A stretch of 60,766 nucleotides of DNA, the filler included, from Catajapyx aquilonaris (taxonomy: Eukaryota), in the NCBI GenBank assembly GCA_000934665.2. It is 3 parts of 3 records of this genome, joined end to end, with 100 filler letters (N's around TTAATTAATTAA, not from the genome) between each part and the next. Parts side by side here need not be neighbours in the genome. Positions count along the whole stretch, not along the records: positions 40,552 to 60,766 come from JYFJ02006321.1; 2 more parts are not named here. One strand, written 5' to 3'. The position numbers were made by a program, and so were the translations under genes. Position 1 is the stretch's first letter, and each line of letters starts with the position of its first letter. This document shows positions 51,701 to 60,766 of the stretch, piece by piece. The notes under the pieces were generated by a model, which was not told where the DNA came from, did no database searches, and was given only the letters and a program-made list of their open reading frames with translations.

Positions 51701-52485
51701 GACATCCAGGAAAAATCAGAGTACCCGACGACTGCTCCATCCTCACCGCAGAGCTAGTAGCCATACTGGGAGCGCTACAATGGGGAGCAAACTTTGCTTC
51801 CCAACCCATTGTGGTGCTCACTGACTCACGGGCGGCGGTGCAATCCATTCAGGCGGTGCCGGAGAGAACATCCAACCCGGCGCTGTGCTGGAAAATCAGA
51901 CTGGTATGCGAGCGACTGGGGAGAGCTGGAACAGGTGCCACGATACAGTGGGTCCCTGGACACTGCGGGCTAACAGGGAACGAAACGGCGGATCAAGAAG
52001 CCAAAGCAGCGCTGGGGGAGGCCCAGATCGATGAGGACCTCCCTATCCACCACCTGGACGTAAAGAAGACGGCAAAACCGGCCATGCTGCGGGAATGGCA
52101 GGAGGAATGGGACAGGTCAGCCCTGGGACGCCACCGCCACGGGCTACGCAGGGAGATAGGCCCCACCAAGCCCATGCGTCTGAACCGACAGTTTGAGGCG
52201 GCCATCACGCGACTTCGACTAGGGCACCTCCGACCAGCCTGGCAGGGAGAAGCGACGAACGACTGGCACTGCAGGTGTGGCGAGCCAGATGACATCCGCC
52301 ATATGCTGCTGCACTGCCGGTTGTACACCTCCGCACGTGGAACCATGGTGTCCACGGCGACGGCGCTGAGGTCCGCGGGCCTGCAGGAGCTGCTCTTCCC
52401 GTTGGGCACCCACACGCAGCAGAGGAGACTGCTGCAAGCACTTGCCACCTACCTGCTGGAGACGGGTCTGGTGGCGCGGCTGTGA
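48696..52485 (+). pseudogene. LINE ORF2 (AP endonuclease, reverse transcriptase, RNase H, C-terminal zinc motif) with three lesions
   Basis: VCWNARG, GDFNAH, GSDHFP; YRPICLLS, FFDIKGAFD, GVPQGSALSP, FADD; WTDGSK, AELVAI, LTDS, WVPGHCGLTGNETAD. TAG at 49737; frameshifts near 49815 and 51712. Confidence 0.9.
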
Positions 52486-52895
52486 AGACGGAGGGCACCG
52501 CTGACGACCGAGGCCGGAGACCGCTACAAGCGATAACCTAGCAGATGCGAACGTAGACACCCTCCCCAGACCCACAGCCGGATCCAGGGCTGTGGCGACC
52601 GTACCACCCTATCCCATCCTCACTCCCGACCCCTATCCCCCCTTTTCCCCCCGGTTAACAAGGCCCCACCACCTGCGGGCCATACCAACCGGGGTAAACC
52701 CCCGATTTTAAAGCAAAAAGCTCCTCGAGGTCTTTCCGGCGTATCCTTCGGGACGCGCCGGGGGTCCACCCTAATCCTTCACACACACCTTTTTGTTTAC
52801 CATATCCTCTTTGTTTGTATCATAGCGTTACGTAATAAAACGATCGTGTACAAGTCACCCACGTGTTTTTCCTGCCGTCCCGTACGGTCACAAAG

Positions 52896-52913
52896 TGGTG
52901 TCAGAAGTGGGAT
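52896..52913 (+). promoter_or_regulatory. Primer-binding site complementary to the tRNA-Leu 3' end
   Basis: TGGTGTCAGAAGTGGGAT 3 nt after the LTR end. Confidence 0.8.
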
Positions 52914-53926
52914 TTAAGCACTTGTATACGATCGTAACGCTCTTTTCCCTCCTTATCCCTATCGACGTGCCTGCCTTGCACAGGACCTACCCGTCCTTTT
53001 CCTTTGCGAGTAACCCAACTCGTATCCCTTTCTGAGCCATACAGCGCTCATCCCCTTTTACGGACTATCCCTTCCTCGTCTTTACGAGTTGGTCCATCCT
53101 TACGTACACTCCTTACCTATGAGCTGTTGCTCTTCCTATACCTATTCCTATTTCCCTTTTTGTCACCGTTGGTTGATTCACGGTTGACACTGTCGTTTGA
53201 CTGCGTACGTCTCCCTGTACATTGTACATTGTTGTCAGCGACACGGCTAGACGTGTAATCGTTAATACACGAGAGGCCACAACGACCCTGTACGCATCCC
53301 AGTACAAAAGGGTCACCCTAGCGAAAGCAAGCCTTTCGAGTGAACGTGTCTGTTACATCAAATGGCATTCATCATCCTCGCCTGGTGTTTATCTCGTTCA
53401 TCAAAAGACAGTGTGTGAAGTTCGGAGTGATAGGAGTGCAGGATAGGGGTTATTTGTTTGTATAAATACGATTACACACGGGGCTCCCCCAGGAAGAAAA
53501 TTCCACCTTAAAGAGAACCTAAGCAATGTGAATTTGTGTGTGAGTATTCACTATGCTTTGTATTTCCTTGTATGAAAGTAATGTGGTTCCTAGAAACCCC
53601 CATTGACGCCAGTCACCCTTGTGCCACACATAGGATAGTGGGCAGTGTTTGATGGAAATTGAGGCTGGGTCATCTTCCATCTATCCGACTGTTACGGATC
53701 CAAATTAGTCGGGTGGATTTTCTCGGGTGCATTTCACTCGGAAGCATTGGAGGGGGGGGGTGTTATTGTTTGGTGGTGAATAAGTGCGGCAGAAAAAAGA
53801 AAAGTGAGAGGAGAGGGGGAGGGGGAGGTCAATATAAATTCTGGAAGTCACAGCGAAGTATCACCAGACGGACTGGATCTTCAGACGTGCCCAGTTGATC
53901 GCCTCCATTTCCATTTCTCTGGCGAA

Positions 53927-54505
53927 ATGGCCCAAGCCAACCCAGCCTCCCGTACGGTAGCAGCCACCACCATCTACGTCCGTATCTTCGGGCAACGGAC
54001 TATGGCGCTCCTGGACTGCGTTTCGGCGAAGTCAACGATAGCGGCCGGTTTCCTGCAGACCATTCCTGCTGACCTGCAGCCCCCTGTCCGCAGTTCGGAT
54101 ACCGGCCTCATCCAGCTTGCTGATGGCCATGAAGTGCGTCCAATGGGCCGCATCTCCCTCTCGTTGGAGGTGGGGGGGTTAACCATCCACAAGGACGTCG
54201 AGATCGTGCCGGATTCTATCCTGCCGGTTGCCCTCGCTGCGGATTTCTTAACCCGTTGGGAATGCGACGTGGATTTTGGTCGACGCATCTTGACCGGGAC
54301 CAACCCCTGGGCGGAGACCAGGACCCGCTCCCGGAGGTCGTTTGCTGCCCGCATACGTGTATTCCGGGGCATCTCTGGTGCCCGCCGCGCCGTTGGTCCG
54401 TCCTGTGCTGCCGGTGCTGGACCATCTTCTGCATCAAGGCGTCCTGCCCCTGAGACAAGGATGGAGGGTGTCGTTGACCTGGACCCTTCTTCTTCTGAAG
54501 AGTAA
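53927..54505 (+). CDS. Degenerate retropepsin (aspartic protease)-like ORF of the LTR element
   Basis: ALLDCVSAKSTI (cf. LLDSGA), IQLADG, LAADFL (cf. ILGxDFL). Confidence 0.65.
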   Translation: MAQANPASRTVAATTIYVRIFGQRTMALLDCVSAKSTIAAGFLQTIPADLQPPVRSSDTGLIQLADGHEVRPMGRISLSLEVGGLTIHKDVEIVPDSILPVALAADFLTRWECDVDFGRRILTGTNPWAETRTRSRRSFAARIRVFRGISGARRAVGPSCAAGAGPSSASRRPAPETRMEGVVDLDPSSSEE

Positions 54506-55171
54506 GCCGCCTGTAAGTGACGTGCGTGGGAAAGGGTTATTCCCTTACGCGCGTGCGGAGGCGTGCCCACATGTGTGTCTGTGTAAACTGAGTGTTGTAT
54601 ACACACGGTGCCTGGTCTTGGACATCAAGGCGGCATCAAGGCGTCTGAATGAACATGTCACATGAAGCAGATGACGCCAACTCTATCCATGTTACTCTAC
54701 CATGGCAGTCGTGATTGTTAACATCATGTTTCTTTTCCCCCTTTTGGCATTTTTTGACTTGTGCTCATTGCTACTGTGGGTGCATGGAAGGTTTATGGGA
54801 CTATTTGACGGCCTGAAGACCCTGGGCCGCCATCTCCGCGGGGTGGTGTGTGACCGTACCAGTTGGAGGCATCGAACTATACAGACTCTAATAGTGCTCT
54901 GCTTGTCATGATGTTCCTGGAACCATATGTTGCATCAGCCCTCTCTCCACTCCCATCAACCAGTGGGGTTCCAGTGGTATATAAACCAGCCCCACTTTCT
55001 CCTCGAGGTCTTTCCGGCGTATCCTTCGGGACGCGTCGGGGGTCCACCCTAATCCTGCACACACACCTTTTTGTTTACCATATCCTCTTTGTTTGTATCA
55101 TAGCGTTACGTAATAAAACGATCGTGTACAAGTCACCCACGTGTTTTTCCTGCCGTCCCGTACGGTATTAT

Positions 55172-56048
55172 GTGACACAAAAGTATCAATAGAGTAAATA
55201 ATTAAGGTCTCTATGTTTTGTCTCACCCATTAGCGTCCCAGGCAGTTGTGCCCGTAACGGAAATCCGACCTCACTCATGCTGGTACGGAGTAAATCTTCG
55301 TAATCTTCCTCCATTTTACCACAGGCCATGATGGCTTCTGTCACAAACAACCTCACTATGTTTTGTCGCTTGACAACGGCAATATTGTTGACTGCAGGAA
55401 GCCAATGCTCGACAGATACTATTGATGTTTGTTGTAACTCGTAAGTATACTGTATGTGTCAATCCTGGTATACCTATTGTTAAAGCTCAAAGAGTGCAAT
55501 CCCCTGCTGTACTTAAAAGAAGGTACTTTGCATCGTTCTGAGACTGATTAACTCTTGTCTACCAGTGACTGATTAAAAGGTATACACAGCCTCTTTCAGA
55601 GCAATCTTTGTGATGTTTGACATGTTTCGTGTGGCAGTTGGTCAACTGTAGTTTGACATAACTTATAATTAATTTTGTTGTATTATGTGAGCATAAACCA
55701 TGAACTGATAACCTTTTTGCTTGCTTTTGTCAGACAACAGTGCATGCGACCCCCAGACAGCCGCAATGGAAGATGCATTCCTAAATTGTGGTTCTGTGAC
55801 TTTGACAACGACTGTGGAGATGACTCTGATGAGCCAGCCCATATCTGTCGGCTGCATCGCAACTGCACCTTGGGATGGCAGCGTTGGTCCTGGGTGGCCC
55901 AACTACCATTACATCCCCAAGTGGCTCTGTGATGGCAAGGATGACTGCAGGGATGGCAGTGATAAGTTGGCAGAGAACTGCCCCAAATGCCACGACACAC
56001 GCGACTTCACTTGCAAGAACAACCGTTGCATACCCAGGCAATGTTTGT
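55172..56048 (+). repeat. Copy 2 of the ~860-bp duplication
   Basis: Begins ~5 bp after the truncated 3' LTR and continues into the uninterrupted megalin exon. Confidence 0.92.
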
Positions 56049-56574
56049 GTGACTTTGAAAATGACTGTGGAGACAATTCGGATGAAGACGATGAGCTCTG
56101 CCAAGAACAGTACAGAGAGTTCCGGACCTTCCGGTGCAAGAAAAACAAGTGCATTCTACACCGAAGGTGATGTGATGATGATGATGATTGTGGGGACAAT
56201 TCTGACTCAAGGAGGATTGCAAGGACTTCAAGTGCAGGGTATAATGTTATTGAGTTATTGAGTTGGGTGCTTGTGATGGGTCCAAATTTATTCTTGATTT
56301 TTTAAAGGCTATGATAGAAATTCCTCAGCTTGAAGCTGCCATGAAATTGCTAAAGCCCCTTGTAAGAAAACATGGTGAATTAATGTCCTTATATTGTTAT
56401 TTGAAGGTTGAGATGTTCCAATGCGCCAGTGGGCATTGCATAGCAAATTACTTCCGCTGTGATGGTGACACCAACTGCCGTGACCTCAGTGATGAAATGA
56501 ACTGCCCTCCACGTTTTCCTGATGGACGTTACTGTGCACGAGAGCGCTTTGAATGTGACTTCCATCACTTGTGA
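55733..56574 (+). pseudogene. LRP2: Megalin/LRP2 two-exon fragment with frameshifts and stops
   Basis: LDLa repeats ...[13 protein letters not shown]..., [36 protein letters not shown]; recalled as closely matching insect megalin. Confidence 0.78.
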
Positions 56575-56593
56575 ACTTCCTGACTGTATGCTT

Positions 56594-57141
56594 CTCCATG
56601 AATCAGCGGCACGTAAACCATCAGTGTGCCAGGGTTCGTCGCACGGGGATTGAAAAATGAAAGAAGTCTGTAAAACCTGAATATAAGGGAGATCGGGGTC
56701 GGTTGTAACAGGGTACTGTTGTAACATCGCCAATAATAAATACATTTGGACGGACCTGAATCTGAAAATCACACGTAGGCCTATACTGTGTGATTTTCAG
56801 CATTAGGTCCTTCCAAATGTATTTATTAATGGCGATGTTATTACAGTAGGCCTACCCTGTTACAACCGACTCCGATCTCCCTTATATGCAGGTTTTACAA
56901 ACTTTCGGAATAAGAAGGGCAAGACTTGGAGGGATTCCAAATCTTTCTCCAGATAAGATTCATTTATTGTTTTCATCCATGCCAGTGTATGCAATACATC
57001 AAATTTATGCCTTTTTTTCACTTTTGGTGGCGAGATTGCAATTTTGTGACATTGTACTTTGAATATAAGGGTCGGAGATTTATTTGTAGAAAAGTGGGGA
57101 AGTCTTCCCCGATAATGCCTTCGGGCGCAGTGGGAATAAAC

Positions 57142-57220
<79 letters not shown>

Positions 57221-57296
57221 AAACTTTCATTTTTCAATCCCCGTGCGACGAACCCTATAGCACACTGATGGTTTACGTGCAGCTGATTCATGGAAA
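56594..57296. mobile_element. Foldback/palindromic MITE interrupted by a retroposon
   Basis: tccatgaatcagc..cacgtaaaccatcagtgtgc ... gcacactgatggtttacgtgcagctgattcatgga; centre near 56780. Confidence 0.8.
56907..57216 (+). mobile_element. 5'-truncated LINE/SINE 3' end with long (TTA)n tail
   Basis: AATAAAC followed by ~26 TTA units; TSD TTACAAACTTTC ending at 56906 and 57228. Confidence 0.8.
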
Positions 57297-58300
57297 GTCC
57301 GGGACTGCACTTTCTTGAATCTAAATGACTACAATTTAGGATTTTTTCGGTCTGCGGCAATTCTGGCTTACTTTACCATGGAAATTGGCCTTGCGAAGAA
57401 CGGACTCCACTGCTATAGTTCTGTATATTACAGGATTTGCACAGTCAGAAAATAGCAGAAATGTCTGTTATATCCGGATTCAACTGTATATGTACTTGTA
57501 CATTGGCACTATATATTGGATATATGAAGGGACTGATCCTTCTACTTGCTTATATCCGATGTGCTTACATCAGTATAGGAGGATTCCATTGTACCATATC
57601 AGTTACATTCATCTGAGCTTGTGTGACCTTGAACCAATTTTTTTAAGCCTGTGGCGAGCTTTTTGTTACCAGTCTCATTTTCCCTGTTTTTGTCCATAGC
57701 AGTTTGTCAGTCGCAGTTGACCAAAGTCGCATTTAACAGTAGCTGCGACAGCTGCTGCTGCTACTCAAAGTCGCAGTTTTCCAAACCGCTACATTCCATA
57801 CCCTGTCGACAATGGTCTGACTTGCCTCAGAACACTGATTGGTGAATGAAAAATTGAAGAAAATGAATCCTAAGTGGAGCCATTATTTTATGAGGGTAAA
57901 AATTAATCAAGTGCACTGGAATAAGTCAAAGATATTATTGTTTAGAAATTCTGTTAATATTGGTGCTAATGCAAAACATGCTGCATTGGCATCAGATCTT
58001 CCATTAATACCTAGTATATTTCCCCCCCAAAAAACTTTATTCACCTATTGAGTACCATACACAGCATAGTCCCCCCCCCCCTCAAAATTGGGTCACGAGG
58101 TCATTTTGATCAGGTAACTATAGGTGCGTTTTTCATCCCTTGATGTGGGGCTACCAATGCACCGAATTTGAAGAAAATCGGTGAGGTCATAAAATTTCCG
58201 GAAAAGGGGGGGGGGGGGGGGGAACCCTACTGCGGAAGGGCGAGAAGCGGAAGGAATGAAGCTGTGCAATGGAATTTTCCTGGCTTTTCTTCCTTTAGGC

Positions 58301-58403
58301 CAGTGGTTTCCAACCGGGGGGTCACGGACAGGGTCGCGGGTCCGTGANGGGGGAGACGCACATTTATTGAAACATGCAGTTGGCAAAAGGTTGGAAACCA
58401 CCG
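58301..58403. mobile_element. hAT-type MITE
   Basis: cagtggtttccaacc ... ggttggaaaccaccg. Confidence 0.65.
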
Positions 58404-59246
58404 GTCTAAACTGTCCAAACAATCTCAAAAGAAAACGGTGTCATGCGGGCAGTACTTCCTGCAGTAGGCCTACTCATTGCAGTATGACTTTCTGCGACCC
58501 GTACTTACGAACGGGCTCCCAAAAAAAGGCTCCCCATATTTGCGGAGGTGGCCGCCAACAGCGTATAACTTCCATTTTTGTGGTTCTTTTGTTAACGTCA
58601 CCATTAAAATCGTCAAGTAAAACCGCACTTAATGAGCCAAAGAGCCAGATCGAAATGAGCTTTTTTTTTAGCCAGATCAAGAGGACTAAATCTGGAAATC
58701 CCATTTAGCGCCATACAAATCGAATCTGCAAAAATGGTATTTTCTCGGAGTAGGGTGCGGTAACGACAATAATATTCAACGTTTTCTGCTTTCAATGTGC
58801 CTATAATGCACACTATTGATTAATGAAACTATCCACAAAAATTCCAAATTAGCTCACACAAAAATGAGACAGGACCAAAAATGCGTAATTTTCTGAACAG
58901 AGGACATGATTGTGTGCCTCAACCTTGCGGTGCAGAAATTGCGAGTAGGAAGCTTAAATCAGTGACAGATGCGAAAATCACCCTCGCTCCATGAAAAAGG
59001 AAGCTGAGTAATCAAAATCTGCCTATTTTTCTACCGAGGGGCCAAGAAATGGTGTAAGCCGACGTGAGATGAAAATGAATATAATTATGTTACTGTATAC
59101 GTAGGAGTAAAAATACACAGCGCCTTATGGAATGATGGGCAGGCCTTTCGAGTCTGTTACAACCGGATTCAACTGTATTAACAAGTAATGCAATTCTCTG
59201 AATCTATCAAGCGTGCCTTATCGGAAAGAAATATGCATCCGAGTTA

Positions 59247-59315
59247 AGGCCCATTCACACAGGCCGTCGACGGTTTCGGTTTTAGTTCTCGTCGACGGCC
59301 TGTGTGAATGGGCCT
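59247..59315. mobile_element. PIF/Harbinger (Tourist-like) MITE with TTA TSD
   Basis: tta|aggcccattcacacaggccgtcgacg ... cgtcgacggcctgtgtgaatgggcct|tta. Confidence 0.8.
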
Positions 59316-60269
59316 TTAAGCTCCAATGTTATATCTTTGGAGTTGTAGTCAGTGTTTTTGTCATGTTCTGTTGTGCCCTTGCTTTGGCAACCATGTTTGT
59401 TCTCCTTTCCCAGCAATATAATTATTTGGCTACTTTTTCATCACAAATATTTTTTTAAATGGCACGATATGCTCCCTTTTTATAACTTGAAGACAGTTGA
59501 CGTCTGTCTGTCGGATTTAATACGGTCTACATTACCTAATTTCGCGGAAATTCTGGCTGCTGCACACCCTTATTCGGGCCACAACAGGTCTTTCTCATGT
59601 GACATGTTCGAAGCCTTCACTACCATGAGTATACAGAACATTTACACTTTTTACAAAATTAATCGCCTGACTTGGGCCCTTTGGAAAAACATTAAGTGGT
59701 TATGGAATCCTGGATAACACAAGAGGTAGCCTCAGCATTCCCAGACTAATATTGAAGTCAATACCACCTGCTAATGCATTTTGCAGTACATGGACATCAT
59801 GAAATCATATTTTGCAGGCACTACTGCAGGCCATACCTGCTATTTTTGTGATGTCCTTTCATCCGTTTCATGCAGCTAATAACTTACCCAGCTCATGCTT
59901 TCCACTATCGCCGCCTGCCGGTCGTTCTACAATATGTTTTGCCCTTTCTACCAAACATCGAAATTTCCCAATGCCATTTTCCTCCTGTTCGAATGGGACT
60001 TGGGCCTTCCCATGGGCCTTCCTATGCAGCATACATATGCAGCCGGGTACTGTGAACAGATATCCGGTCTTACCTCAGTTTTGGCCAAACAGACGACTTG
60101 GGCCCTTTGGAAATTCATGTGTTCAAATATTCAAGAAGAGTTATGGACTTTTTACTCACTTTATTTTTTGTTATTTTTTTTTAATAATCCGGGGTAGTGC
60201 TTGACCTCATCTGAGGTATGCAGCACGGACCTTTATTTATTACATCAAGTACATTTGAGCATTTTTACG

Positions 60270-60512
60270 TAGCGCCCGGGCCCACGGGCAGGATGACAGG
60301 AGGGGATGTGCAAGGTGCAGTGCAATGTCTTTATGTGGCCATTTTTAGTGAACTCCCCCGGGTGGTTTAGTCTGTGGATATACCACCCGAGACGAAGCCA
60401 GAGGTGACCCTGAACTCTGCACGAGATGAAGGGGGTGTCCCCGGGCTGGGATCGAACCCGGGAGCTTAACATCCGTGGGCGCATACGTTACCGCAGCACC
60501 ACTCCGCCTCCC
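60270..60512 (-). mobile_element. tRNA-derived SINE
   Basis: Minus strand ggggaggcggagtggtgctgcggtaac...GGTTCGATCC head; body shared with 41409-41600. Confidence 0.78.
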
Positions 60513-60766
60513 CTACTCACTTTATTTAGTACTGATCCTTCTTGCACCCTTCTTGACTCTAGTTGACTTGAAAAAATTATGCAAAAGGAAACTTGTCATT
60601 GTAATGTGTCAGGATGCTGGAAGACACATATTAGGAAAATGACACTCTTGCTTCCCAATTGCATATGGCAAAAATAGCCAGTAATTGTGACTTTAAATCA
60701 GAAAACAACACAGCCACATTTACTGTCATCATTGGTGTCTGCGTACAACTTGAATGTTTCTCATCA

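Larger units (their letters stand above)
46459..52720 (+). mobile_element. Full-length I-group LINE (6.26 kb) nested in the 5' LTR
   Basis: 12-bp TSD c(c/t)cctcgaggtc at 46447-46458 and 52721-52732; ORF1 plus APE-RT-RNase H ORF2; A-rich tail. Confidence 0.93.
46297..55166 (+). mobile_element. Non-autonomous Gypsy-like LTR retrotransposon (~2.6 kb without nested LINE); 5' LTR 46297-46458 + 52733-52892, 3' LTR 54849-55166
   Basis: ~320-bp LTRs TGTGACCGTACC...GTACGGTCACA with ~6 differences; PBS and purine-rich tract present; internal region has only a protease-like ORF. Confidence 0.9.

Noticed and set aside
46976..52575. Many antisense and alternate-frame ORFs over the LINE
   Set aside because: Expected shadows of GC-rich coding sequence; no motifs.
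56926..57318. Poly-Leu / poly-Asn ORFs
   Set aside because: Translation of the (TTA)n tail.

Overview
Eukaryotic, most likely arthropod, genomic DNA with spliceosomal introns. It consists of three ~20.2 kb pieces joined by artificial 100-bp N44-TTAATTAATTAA-N44 spacers (20179-20278, 40452-40551), so nothing can be assumed linked across them. Piece 1 (1-20178) is gene-rich. It holds an intact 4-exon FPPS-type isoprenyl diphosphate synthase with non-canonical catalytic motifs (candidate terpene synthase or long-chain prenyl synthase), head-to-head with an intact divergent ionotropic (chemosensory) receptor. It also has a 3-repeat Myb/SANT (SNAPC4-like) gene, a frameshifted C2H2 zinc-finger gene, MITEs and a tRNA-derived SINE. 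Three of about ten inferred introns appear to use GC donors. Piece 2 (20279-40451) is a nest of decayed transposons (Kolobok-type Mutator-like/YqaJ, P, hAT, MULE-SWIM, pogo, Sola, CACTA-type accessory ORFs, Gypsy, LINE ends, LTRs). It also contains two minimal hammerhead ribozymes and an unidentified ORF split by a solo LTR. Piece 3 (40552-60766) holds a full-length I-group LINE nested in the 5' LTR of a non-autonomous, protease-only LTR element. That element sits in a pseudogenic megalin (LRP2) fragment and is flanked by an ~860-bp direct duplication. Foldback MITEs and SINEs are also present. Family assignments come from motif recognition by eye; no searches were run.
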